This document shows, one piece after another, positions 1-8,367 of a stretch of 19,637 nt of DNA. The DNA comes from an uncultured Thermococci archaeon. GTDB lineage: Archaea; Methanobacteriota_B; Thermococci; Thermococcales; Thermococcaceae. The stretch lies in contig CAZAPD010000108.1 in the NCBI GenBank assembly GCA_964487115.1, positions 1-19,637 of the forward strand, given 5' to 3'. Below the pieces are notes generated by a model, which worked only from the letters and a program-made list of their open reading frames with translations, did not search any database and had not been told where the DNA came from. Made by a program: the position numbers and the translations under genes. Each line of letters starts with the position of its first letter. The first letter of the stretch is position 1.

Positions 1-348
1 GATGACCTTAAGGTTACCCAATTTGCCTTGGAGTTTGCGAATAGGAACTTTAGGGACATGGATTTCCTCAAAAAGCTCACTCATCAGGAGCTTGGATTTG
101 GTGTTGTGGATGTTCATAATCCACGCATCGAGAGTCCTGAGGAAGTTGCAAGAGCTGTAAGGAAGGTCTTCAAGTACATAGAGCCTGAGAGGCTCTACAT
201 AAACCCTGACTGTGGCTTAAAGTTACTCTCGAGGAACATAGCATACAGAAAACTTGTCAATATGGTCAAAGGTGTCGAGATAGTAAGAAGAGAGCTTGAG
301 AGGGAAGGGAAAACCAGCATACCCCTTAGAACCCTAAGGGACATTTGA
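1..348 (+). CDS. metE: Cobalamin-independent methionine synthase (archaeal core MetE type), 3' part; the gene begins upstream of the window
   Basis: Frame is open from base 1 (DDLKVTQFALEFANR...). Contains GxGVVDVHNPRIESPEEV and the Zn-ligand motif INPDCGLK typical of the MetE C-terminal domain. Confidence 0.9.
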   Translation, partial: DDLKVTQFALEFANRNFRDMDFLKKLTHQELGFGVVDVHNPRIESPEEVARAVRKVFKYIEPERLYINPDCGLKLLSRNIAYRKLVNMVKGVEIVRRELEREGKTSIPLRTLRDI

Positions 349-358
349 GGTGCCGTGG

Positions 359-1405
359 ATGAGGCTTGTTGTGAAATTTGGCGGTAGTTCACTGAGATAT
401 GACTTTTATGATGCAGTGCAACTCGTAAAGATGCTGAGAGACGAGAATGAGGTTGTGGTAGTTGTTTCAGCCCTCAAGGGCATTACGGACTTACTTGAGC
501 TACTCGCTAAAACTGGAGATAGAAGGATTCTTGAGGACGTATTGCTCGACTATGTAACTTTCGCAAAAAACCATGGCGTTAGCATAGATGTTATTAAACC
601 ACTAGCAGAAGAGTTATCCTCTGCGCTTGGTTTGAGTTTTCCAGATGATAAAGTCAGAAGAGACTTTCTTCTATCTTTTGGTGAGCTTTTTTCCGCTTCC
701 ATTTTTGCTCAAGCCGTAGATGGGGTGTTAATTGAACCTTGGAATGTTATACAGACTGATGGAAACTTTGGGGACGCAGAAGTTGACATTACTAAAACAA
801 AAAAACTTTTTGCCTGTGTCAGAGACCTTATGGAAGATGGCAAGGTTCCAGTAATCCCTGGATTTATCGGAGGTTTTCAGGGCTTCAGGACAACTCTTGG
901 CAGAGGGGGGAGTGACTATACAGCTGTTGTAGCTGGAATTTGTGTTGAAGCGAAAGCTGTATTGATAATGAGTGACGTTGAAGGGATATACACTGCAGAC
1001 CCGAAGATAGTCAGAGAGGCAAGGCCAATTCCTTTTGTTTCCTACGATGAAGCTCTAATTGCTTCGAAGTTTGGCATGAGGGCAATACAGTGGAAGGCCG
1101 TTAAACTCGCGAGTGAGAATGAAGTTCCCCTTCTTTTTGGCAAGACAAAAGGGTGGTGGATGGGGACATTAGTTTCCGAAGAGAGTTCTGGGATGCCGAT
1201 AATTGCCTATAAACTTGAAATTGACCATGCAATAATTGGAATAGTAAACGCTTCAGTATCGATTCCATACGAAAAAATTTCCGAGGGGGATACATGGATT
1301 GCAGTTAAAGTTCCAAGAAATGAAGTCGACGCGACTGTTAGGAACATACACAGGAAATTAATTGGGGGATGTGCATTTATCACCAAGATTGTTGCCATGG
1401 ACTAA
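359..1405 (+). CDS. lysC: Aspartate kinase with a short C-terminal regulatory region
   Basis: Motifs VVKFGGSS, VVVVSA, LSFGE, TTLGRGGSDYTA, SDVEGIYTADP. ATG at 359 follows GAGGTG (347-352), so it is preferred to the GTG at 350. Confidence 0.9.
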   Translation: MRLVVKFGGSSLRYDFYDAVQLVKMLRDENEVVVVVSALKGITDLLELLAKTGDRRILEDVLLDYVTFAKNHGVSIDVIKPLAEELSSALGLSFPDDKVRRDFLLSFGELFSASIFAQAVDGVLIEPWNVIQTDGNFGDAEVDITKTKKLFACVRDLMEDGKVPVIPGFIGGFQGFRTTLGRGGSDYTAVVAGICVEAKAVLIMSDVEGIYTADPKIVREARPIPFVSYDEALIASKFGMRAIQWKAVKLASENEVPLLFGKTKGWWMGTLVSEESSGMPIIAYKLEIDHAIIGIVNASVSIPYEKISEGDTWIAVKVPRNEVDATVRNIHRKLIGGCAFITKIVAMD

Positions 1406-1481
1406 TGATTAAAACTGGCCTCTCTTAACTTTGAGCTAAAGAATTATGAAAAGAGAAAAATAAAATACCAAACCCAAAAAT

Positions 1482-2810
1482 CTAAAAAGCATGTAGGATT
1501 GGAAACTCCTCAGGCTCATAATCCTCAAGCTTTCCATCCAGATAGTTCTCGTAACCCTTTAGATCCAAAAGTCCATGTCCGCTGAGGTTGAAGAGTATAA
1601 CTTCCTCACTACCCTTTTTCTTTGCCTGAAGTGCCCTGTCAATTACTCCTTTAACAGCATGAGCGCTCTCTGGTGCTGGTACTATTCCCTCTGTCTTTGC
1701 AAACAGATGCGCTGCTTGGAAAACTTCATTCTGATGGTAGGCTACAGGTTTTACAATTCCATGATTTATCAATATGCTGAGCGTTGGAGCAAGGCCATGA
1801 TATCTTAAACCACCAGCATGAATGGGTGGCACATAGTAAGTGTGACCCAGAGTATGCATCTTCATCTTGGGGGTATATCCTCCGGAATCACCGTAATCAT
1901 AAGTGTAAATGCCCCGTGTCATGCTTGGTGCGGCCTTGGGTTCAACTGCCACGAATTCGTAATCTGCCTTTCCCCTAAGAACGTCTCTGATGAATGGATA
2001 TGCAAGTCCAGCAAAGTTGCTACCACCACCAACGCATCCAACTATTATATCTGGCTCCTCGAACTCTTTCATCTGTTCTATCGCTTCGAGGCCTATGACT
2101 GTTTGATGCATAAGTACATGGTTGAGAACGCTGCCGAGGGAATATCGTGCGTTCTCATCCTTCAAGACGTCTTCAATGGCTTCGCTTATTGCTATGCCAA
2201 GACCACCGGGATGATTTGGATCCTCACTAAGAAATTTCCGTCCGATTTCAGTCCTGTCGCTTGGACTTGGATAGATTTCAGCTCCATAGAGCCGCATTAT
2301 GGTCTTTCTGTATGGTTTCTGCTGATAACTGGCACGTGCCATATAAACCCTGATTTTCAGTCCAAGAAGTGCTCCTGCGAGGCTTAAAGCTGTTCCCCAC
2401 TGACCTGCCCCTGTTTCAGTTACGAGCCTTTCAACACCTTGTTTCTTCGCATAATATGCCTGAGCCAGAGCAGTGTTTATTTTATGGCTTCCTGTCACCG
2501 TTGCCCCTTCATATTTGAAGTATATTCTTGCCGGTGTTTTCAAGACCTTTTCAAGATTTGTGGCTCTAAAAAGGGGTGTTGGCCTCCCGATTTTTGCATA
2601 GAGTCTCCGTACTTCCCTTGGGATTTCAGTATATTGTTCTTGGCTCATTTCCTGCTTTACAAGCTCTGTCGCAAAGATACGGAGCAGCTTCTCTGGTTCC
2701 ATTGGTTCATCTGTCTCTGGATCTAATGGTGGAGCCAACGGCTCTGGTAAATCAGACAAAATGTTGTACCACTCTTTTGGTATTTCCGAATCAGGTAGAA
2801 CAACTTTCAT
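1482..2810 (-). CDS. trpB2: TrpB2-type tryptophan synthase beta subunit (stand-alone PLP enzyme)
   Basis: N-terminal [16 protein letters not shown] extension typical of TrpB2. Motifs GSHKINTA (PLP Lys), [52 protein letters not shown] upstream. No adjacent trpA. Confidence 0.95.
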   Translation of the reverse strand: MKVVLPDSEIPKEWYNILSDLPEPLAPPLDPETDEPMEPEKLLRIFATELVKQEMSQEQYTEIPREVRRLYAKIGRPTPLFRATNLEKVLKTPARIYFKYEGATVTGSHKINTALAQAYYAKKQGVERLVTETGAGQWGTALSLAGALLGLKIRVYMARASYQQKPYRKTIMRLYGAEIYPSPSDRTEIGRKFLSEDPNHPGGLGIAISEAIEDVLKDENARYSLGSVLNHVLMHQTVIGLEAIEQMKEFEEPDIIVGCVGGGSNFAGLAYPFIRDVLRGKADYEFVAVEPKAAPSMTRGIYTYDYGDSGGYTPKMKMHTLGHTYYVPPIHAGGLRYHGLAPTLSILINHGIVKPVAYHQNEVFQAAHLFAKTEGIVPAPESAHAVKGVIDRALQAKKKGSEEVILFNLSGHGLLDLKGYENYLDGKLEDYEPEEFPILHAF

Positions 2811-2834
2811 TGTTTTTCACCTCTTTGAGTTATT

Positions 2835-3035
2835 AAAAAAGTAAATCCCAAAAACGAGGGAATAAGAGCTATTGTCACAGGTGGATGGAATAATATATCA
2901 AAAGTAAAGCTGCCAAAAACAAACCCTCCTATTCACGCCAAAAGCAATCCCGCCTTAGAAATTCAAAACTAAGTGGGGGATTGAGGGGGATGTGATTAGA
3001 GCCAAAAACACTCACTCCCGGACGTCATGAGGCAT
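2835..3035 (-). promoter_or_regulatory. Candidate structured 5' leader of trpB2 with three 18-nt imperfect repeats, hairpins and a U-tract
   Basis: Minus-strand repeats GGAGTGAGTGTTTTTGGC (3001-3018), GGCGGGATTGCTTTTGGC (2937-2954), GGAGGGTTTGTTTTTGGC (2912-2929). Stems at 2945-2983 and 2860-2868/2926-2934. TTTACTTTTTT at 2835-2845. Confidence 0.5.
2996..3028 (-). CDS. Possible leader peptide MTSGSECFWL
   Basis: ATG ACG TCC GGG AGT GAG TGT TTT TGG CTC TAA on the minus strand, about 34 nt downstream of a BRE/TATA-like element. Adjacent Phe-Trp codons. Translation is not demonstrated. Confidence 0.3.
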   Translation of the reverse strand: MTSGSECFWL

Positions 3036-3056
3036 CAATGCATAGAAAGTTTTTAG

Positions 3057-3072
3057 GTTTAAGTAGTTTTTG
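3057..3072 (-). promoter_or_regulatory. Putative BRE/TATA promoter for the trpB2 leader
   Basis: Minus strand CAAAAACTACTTAAAC: A-rich BRE-like run followed by CTTAAA. Confidence 0.5.
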
Positions 3073-3104
3073 CTCTATTTGTTGAATAAATGACAAAAAG
3101 GGAA

Positions 3105-3170
3105 CTAACACTTTGCCAAAAGAAGGGAGGAGGGGGCGATACCGAGCTTGTTATAAGCTCGAACATCCAT
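3105..3170 (-). other. Small transcription unit: possible leaderless 21-aa ORF (MDVRAYNKLGIAPSSLLLAKC) or small RNA
   Basis: BRE/TATA-like AAAAATTATTTAAG (3190-3203, minus) about 25 nt before the ATG at 3170. Internal inverted repeat CGAGCTT-N5-AAGCTCG (3143-3161). CCCTTTTT tract after the stop. Confidence 0.3.
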
Positions 3171-3274
3171 ATATTAGCAAATTATACAGCTTAAATAATT
3201 TTTGTTCTGATACCTGAAATAATGACAAAATTTTCGATAATTTGCCTCATGTTTTTGTCATTCATCTAAATAGA

Positions 3275-3715
3275 TTATGCAATTTCAGTCTGCTCGTATA
3301 TACTCTTTCCCTGCTTATGCTTCACCAAGAGTCTATAAAAGAACTCTTTCATATCCGGACTCATATTATCATCCAGAAGTAGGTCAGCTTTTCCTCGGTA
3401 TTTTCTATCTGCTTCTGCTATTAACATGCCAATTGAAGGAAGGAGATGTTCTATAAAAGCCCTCATTAGTTCCGGATAAGCCTCGTCATCAAACTCTTGG
3501 TCACTTTCAACGCCGATGTAGAGGATGAATCCCTTCATCTGAATTAGAAGGACAAATTGCTGTTCATCAATCTCAAAAAAGGAGAAATTATGGATATCCC
3601 TATCAGCACGTGCTATTAAAACTCCTTTTATTGATAAAGTAACTGCTTCATCATCAATCTGGAATATCAAATCCTTTGCGAATTCTTTTTGTGTCAAAGC
3701 ATATAGGCCTATCAT
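3275..3715 (-). CDS. Hypothetical protein (146 aa, acidic, no obvious TM segment)
   Basis: Uninterrupted ORF. GGAGG RBS precedes the ATG at 3715 (MIGLY...), preferred to the TTG at 3730. No motif recognised. Confidence 0.8.
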   Translation of the reverse strand: MIGLYALTQKEFAKDLIFQIDDEAVTLSIKGVLIARADRDIHNFSFFEIDEQQFVLLIQMKGFILYIGVESDQEFDDEAYPELMRAFIEHLLPSIGMLIAEADRKYRGKADLLLDDNMSPDMKEFFYRLLVKHKQGKSIYEQTEIA

Positions 3716-3829
3716 AGGATTTCCCTCCAAAATATGTGGGATGGGATGCTTTAAATTTTATCTCTATCTCCTGTCCATAATCCATAAAAGTTAAAAGCAG
3801 ATAAATTTAGATTTACGCCTTGGTGGTGT

Positions 3830-4264
3830 ATGATGAGGATAGTAGGGTTTCTGGCTGCAATCCTTGTGTTGTTCTCATTTACCATGCCATGGTTCCAAGT
3901 TGAGAAATGGTATGGAACAGAGCAAGTTACAATGCTAAATATTGCCAAGGAGCTTTACAACAATATGGATCAGATAAAAGCGACAATTAAGGAACTCAAT
4001 ACTGATAATCCAAGCACAGACATAGTGCTTTTCATGTCCTATGTGATAGGAGTCTCATTAATATTGCTCGGTGCATTGCTGGGTCTCACTGGAGGAAGAG
4101 GAGGACATCTTCTTGGAATTGTTGGCATGCTCCTCTTCACGTATCCAATCTGGGCGACGACTGGAGAAAAAATTATGGACATGATTTCTTACGGCTATAT
4201 AATAGGAGGAATAGGTTTCCTCATAGGTCTTGTCGGAGGAGGAACCTCAAAAAGTGGAAAGTAA
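3830..4264 (+). CDS. Hypothetical membrane protein (about 4 TM segments, Gly-rich)
   Basis: Hydrophobic N-terminus ending in MPWF, a soluble loop, then three hydrophobic Gly-rich segments. GGTGGTG RBS upstream. Divergent from the 3715 gene. Confidence 0.8.
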   Translation: MMRIVGFLAAILVLFSFTMPWFQVEKWYGTEQVTMLNIAKELYNNMDQIKATIKELNTDNPSTDIVLFMSYVIGVSLILLGALLGLTGGRGGHLLGIVGMLLFTYPIWATTGEKIMDMISYGYIIGGIGFLIGLVGGGTSKSGK

Positions 4265-4269
4265 GTGAT

Positions 4270-6219
4270 TTAACTCTTTATTTCTGAGATTTCACCATTT
4301 CCGGGTGGTAATACTGCCATTATATCCTCTTCCCTTATTTTATATCCCCACTTCTCAAAAATCCGCTTTATCCTCTTTACCAACTCACTTTTCTTGAGAT
4401 TTCCTGGCCTTATAACAACGTATCGGTCGGTGTAGGTTTTGATGGCGTCCTCAGGAGCGCAGATTATAAATTCTTCGTTCTCGTACGGAACTATACCCAC
4501 TGCAAGCTTCAGAGGTAGTCCGTGAAACCAGTTGCGCTTCCCATAAACCATGAAGGCACCTTTGCCAAGGTATTCTCCGCTTGGTGTTTTCTTTGTAACC
4601 TGTTCAGGATATGCCCAGTAGGCATCCTCGGAATAAACTCCTCTGCTCCATGCTTTTGACATTGAAACGGCAAATTGACAGGCCTCAAAGATTGTCTTTT
4701 CACCGGCTTTCTTTCCACCTTTGATGACTACATGAGGAGCTCCATAAACATCTGCGTGGCAGTAGAGGTCATTTTCCTCCATATGCTTTTTAACGAGTAT
4801 CTCGTTGGTGCTTGCGTCTTTTCCGGCCAGAACAAGAAATCCTTCACTGCTGAGGAACCATCTGAATTTTTCAAACCATTTTTTCTTTCTCTTTTCAAGC
4901 TTTCTAACGTTGAGTTCTTTCTTTGCTTCTTCTTCAATGAGCTCTTCAACCTCTCTGAGCTTTTTCTTTGTATTTTCATAGGCGATCTTTGCCCCTTCGA
5001 GTTTATGTTTGGCTTTCTTGGCTTTTTCGTAATAAAGCTCTGCGTTTTCACCCAGGCTCTTCTCCAGATAGAGCTTTACATTTTTTCCATCGAGTTCGAT
5101 CGTGATTGCTTTGTTCTTTGAATCAACGGATTTTATGAGCAGTGCTATCCTGTTTCCTGCTTTTTTTCCATTCTCTATGCGTTTTTTGAACTCCTCGAAA
5201 CCAAGCTTTTCAACAGCTCTCCTACACTCCCTAATCAGGCTGTCAATGAAGGTGAAGTTTGCATAAATCGAATCTCCGATTTCCTGATTCTTTTGTGCCT
5301 CAATCTCAAAGCCCTTCATCTGTTCTTCCTGCTTTTTCAGAGTTGCCAGTATCTGTTTCTTTTTTTGTTCCAATTTTTTGGTCTTCTCAATTTTTGCTTT
5401 CTCAACTGTTATCTTGCCAAAATATTCATCCAGAGCTTCACTGAATGTTTTGAAATACTGTTTCTCATAGTCCTTATACCATATCAGCTCGATTGGAAGC
5501 ACATCGACCATCTGGCCGTTTTTATGCACTATGTTTGGTTTTGGCTCCTCATTGAAGAGCGATTTCATTGTTTCAAAAATTAGCCTGAGTTCGCTTTCAT
5601 TAAGCTCATTTGCTTTCCTTTTCTTTTCTATTCCTGCCCTTAGAAGGATTTCCTCAGCATAGAGGCCACCCATGTTCAGCTTTCTTGCAAGAGCCCTAAC
5701 AATTTCAAGGTGCTCTTGTCCTATCATCTCCCTGAAGTTTTCCCATTCTACATCTAAGGGGTTCTCTCTTGCAGGGGGCAGTTTATATTCTGCTTTAGGC
5801 ATTATGGTCCTGTCTTTAAACTCCTCATATCTAAGCGCTGCAAGAATTCTGTCCTCAGAATCAAGAAGAATTATGTTCCCTTTTTTGAAGAGCTCACCAA
5901 CGAGGGTGTAATCACCTATCCTAATCTTTACTATCCTATCAAAATCATGCTGTTCAATGGCATCAATAAAACTACCGCTCAGATGCTTCCTTAATAGCAT
6001 TGTAAAAGAAGATGGCATTTTAGGGGCTTCTCTGATGTAAGTTGTGATGTGTATCCTCTTTCCTGCCTCAATAATCAGATCCTGTCTTCCCTCTCTCGTG
6101 CGAAGCTTAATCCTTATCTCATTTCCATCATGATAGACTTTGTCCACACGGGAACCAATCAAACTCTGAAGCTCATTAACAATGTACCTGATATCCACAC
6201 TGCTCATCTCTTCCTTCAT
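4270..6219 (-). CDS. rqcH: Archaeal Rqc2/NEMF homolog (NFACT family ribosome quality control protein)
   Basis: N-terminal MSSVDI...RVDKVY, PSSFTMLLRKHL, QHDFDRIV; GGLYAEEIL HhH; long coiled coil with ENAELYYEKAKK; NFACT-R motifs WFEKFRWFLSSEG, GKDASTNE, HADVYGAP, PSGEYLGKGAFMVYGKRN. Confidence 0.93.
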   Translation of the reverse strand: MKEEMSSVDIRYIVNELQSLIGSRVDKVYHDGNEIRIKLRTREGRQDLIIEAGKRIHITTYIREAPKMPSSFTMLLRKHLSGSFIDAIEQHDFDRIVKIRIGDYTLVGELFKKGNIILLDSEDRILAALRYEEFKDRTIMPKAEYKLPPARENPLDVEWENFREMIGQEHLEIVRALARKLNMGGLYAEEILLRAGIEKKRKANELNESELRLIFETMKSLFNEEPKPNIVHKNGQMVDVLPIELIWYKDYEKQYFKTFSEALDEYFGKITVEKAKIEKTKKLEQKKKQILATLKKQEEQMKGFEIEAQKNQEIGDSIYANFTFIDSLIRECRRAVEKLGFEEFKKRIENGKKAGNRIALLIKSVDSKNKAITIELDGKNVKLYLEKSLGENAELYYEKAKKAKHKLEGAKIAYENTKKKLREVEELIEEEAKKELNVRKLEKRKKKWFEKFRWFLSSEGFLVLAGKDASTNEILVKKHMEENDLYCHADVYGAPHVVIKGGKKAGEKTIFEACQFAVSMSKAWSRGVYSEDAYWAYPEQVTKKTPSGEYLGKGAFMVYGKRNWFHGLPLKLAVGIVPYENEEFIICAPEDAIKTYTDRYVVIRPGNLKKSELVKRIKRIFEKWGYKIREEDIMAVLPPGNGEISEIKS

Positions 6220-6358
6220 TCTCCCACCTTACTCTGAATCATCTCATGGGTTTAAAGAATTGCCGGCGGGGATACCATGGACTTCAATGCACGTCAATGC
6301 TCCTTTTTGGGCGTTATGTCAACAAAGGACAGAATAAAGTTAAATACTTAAACAACAC

Positions 6359-6375
6359 TAACACCCATGGTGATA
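6359..6375 (+). promoter_or_regulatory. TGM-like operator (Thermococcales glycolytic motif; TrmBL1/Tgr site)
   Basis: TAACAC-CCATG-GTGATA, one mismatch to TATCAC-N5-GTGATA. Lies downstream of AAAGTTAAATA (BRE/TATA, about 6337-6347) and directly before a glucan-metabolism gene. The right half overlaps the RBS. Confidence 0.6.
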
Positions 6376-6376
6376 C

Positions 6377-8320
6377 ATGATGAAAGGCTACTTTACATTT
6401 GTCCTCCACACCCACATCCCATATGTGAGAAAACATGGAAAATGGCCCTTTGGAGAGGAGTGGCTCTATGAAGCCATGGCCGAAACATACATTCCTCTGC
6501 TCATGGAGCTTGAAAGGCTCAGGAAAAAGGGTGTTAACTTCCAGCTCGTTATGGGGATAACCCCCATACTGGCAGAACAGCTGAGCGACGGGTATGTGAA
6601 ATCAGAATTCAAAGAGTACATGGAGAGAAAGCTTAAAGCCATGGAGGAAGACCTCCAGAGCGGCAAATACGATAAGAACGCAGTGCGTTACATGCTTGAA
6701 TATTTCAGGAAAGTTTTTGAATACTGGGAAAGAATAAGGGGGGATATAATCGGGGAGCTGAGAAAGCTTCAGGATGAAGGCTACATAGAGATTATAACCT
6801 CCGCGGCTACTCATGGATATTTGCCGCTGTTTCTGAGAGATGAAGCCATAGATGCCCAGCTTGCCAACGGAGTTTTAACTTATGAAAAGCACTTTGGCAG
6901 AAAGCCCCGGGGTATATGGCTTCCTGAATGTGCATATCGCCCAGAGGGAGAATGGGAGCTCCCACATGGAAGAATGGTGTACAGAAAAGGACTGGAAAGG
7001 TTTTTGGAGAGACATGGATTAGAGTTCTTCTTTGTGGAAAGTAATCTGATTGATGAGGGACCAGTTAGCAAAGGGTATAGCGAGGTTATGCCGGCAGACG
7101 CTGAGAAAACTACTTTGAGACCCTATTTTATCAGGGGATCAAATGTGGCAGTCTTTGCCAGAAACAGAGCAACTGGACATCAGGTGTGGAGCGCCCACTA
7201 TGGTTATCCCGGTGATTTCTGGTATAGGGAATTTCACAAGAAGGCCGAGAAGAGCGGGGGACAGTATTGGAGGATTACAAATAAGGATGGAGATCTGGGC
7301 AACAAAGAGTTCTATGATCCGGGGAAGGCTTTTGAGAGAGTAGAAGACCACGCAAGGCATTTCATTTCGCTTGTTGAAAGTCTGTTAAGGGAGCATGAGG
7401 TCAGATTTGGGGAAAAGGGCATAATAGTTTCACCTTATGATACCGAGCTCTTCGGCCACTGGTGGTTTGAAGGCATTAAGTGGCTTGGGAGGGTGCTTGA
7501 ACTTATGGCCGAGCATGACATCAAAACAACAACAATTTCGGATTACCTTGAAAACTATGAAGGAGATAGGCATGAAATAGAACTACCCGAAGGTTCATGG
7601 GGTAAAGATTCCAACCATTCCACTTGGTGGAACCCTGAAGTTGAGTGGATGTGGGAACATATCTACAAAGCTGAGGAAAGAATGGTTGCGCTCACCACCA
7701 AATATTACGGCAGGGAGATGCATGGAGATCGGATTCTGGAGCAACTGGGTAGGGAGCTCCTTCTACTGGAAAGCAGTGACTGGCCGTTTTTAATAACAAC
7801 AGGTCAGGCAAAAGAATATGGCAAAAGACGGCTTTTAGAGCATGCTAATGCTTTTCATCAACTTGCAAATGACCTTGAGCGGTACTTTAAAAAGGGTGAA
7901 TTCAATTCGGGGTTCCTTGAGATGCTTGAGGAGAAGGATAATGTCTTTAGACCCATTAGATTAGATGCTTATGTGAGTCAAAACCCTCCCGCGGTGCCGG
8001 AATTTATCGAACCCCCAAAAGTTCCCGAAGAAAAAACTGAAGAGAGGCCGCGGGTTATATCCGAGAGATTTCATGATTATGTCACTATAGGGAAGGTGAA
8101 GAAAACCAAAAGGGTTGTGTCAAGAAGAAAAGCGGTGAAGAGGAAGACTGGGAAGAGTGACCTCCTGAAGATTAAAGGTATTGGACCAAAAACCCTGAAG
8201 AAACTGGAAATGGCCGGGGTAAAGAGCATAGATGACTTAAAAAAAGCAAACCTTGAGGAGCTTTCCAAAAAGACAAGAATTTCTTTAAAAAGGTTGAAGA
8301 AATTCGCTTCTCAGGTTTAA
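6377..8320 (+). CDS. GH57 1,4-alpha-glucan branching enzyme with C-terminal helix-hairpin-helix domain
   Basis: GH57 conserved regions HTHIPYV, ETYIP, SAATHGYLP, GIWLPECAY (nucleophile), PYDTELFGHWWFEG (acid/base), ESSDWPF. Pro/Lys-rich linker, then LLKIKGIGPKT HhH. Confidence 0.95.
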   Translation: MMKGYFTFVLHTHIPYVRKHGKWPFGEEWLYEAMAETYIPLLMELERLRKKGVNFQLVMGITPILAEQLSDGYVKSEFKEYMERKLKAMEEDLQSGKYDKNAVRYMLEYFRKVFEYWERIRGDIIGELRKLQDEGYIEIITSAATHGYLPLFLRDEAIDAQLANGVLTYEKHFGRKPRGIWLPECAYRPEGEWELPHGRMVYRKGLERFLERHGLEFFFVESNLIDEGPVSKGYSEVMPADAEKTTLRPYFIRGSNVAVFARNRATGHQVWSAHYGYPGDFWYREFHKKAEKSGGQYWRITNKDGDLGNKEFYDPGKAFERVEDHARHFISLVESLLREHEVRFGEKGIIVSPYDTELFGHWWFEGIKWLGRVLELMAEHDIKTTTISDYLENYEGDRHEIELPEGSWGKDSNHSTWWNPEVEWMWEHIYKAEERMVALTTKYYGREMHGDRILEQLGRELLLLESSDWPFLITTGQAKEYGKRRLLEHANAFHQLANDLERYFKKGEFNSGFLEMLEEKDNVFRPIRLDAYVSQNPPAVPEFIEPPKVPEEKTEERPRVISERFHDYVTIGKVKKTKRVVSRRKAVKRKTGKSDLLKIKGIGPKTLKKLEMAGVKSIDDLKKANLEELSKKTRISLKRLKKFASQV

Positions 8321-8367
8321 TTTCGAAAGCCTTTTCTTTTCTTCTACCTATATTATATGGTGGTTCC

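Noticed and set aside
1818..2387. 189-aa plus-strand ORF
   Set aside because: Wholly antisense to trpB2 with no recognisable motif; shadow ORF.
2912..3018. 18-nt repeats as a CRISPR remnant
   Set aside because: Too short, irregular spacing (7 and 46 nt), no resemblance to Thermococcales repeats ending in ATTGAAA, and no cas genes.
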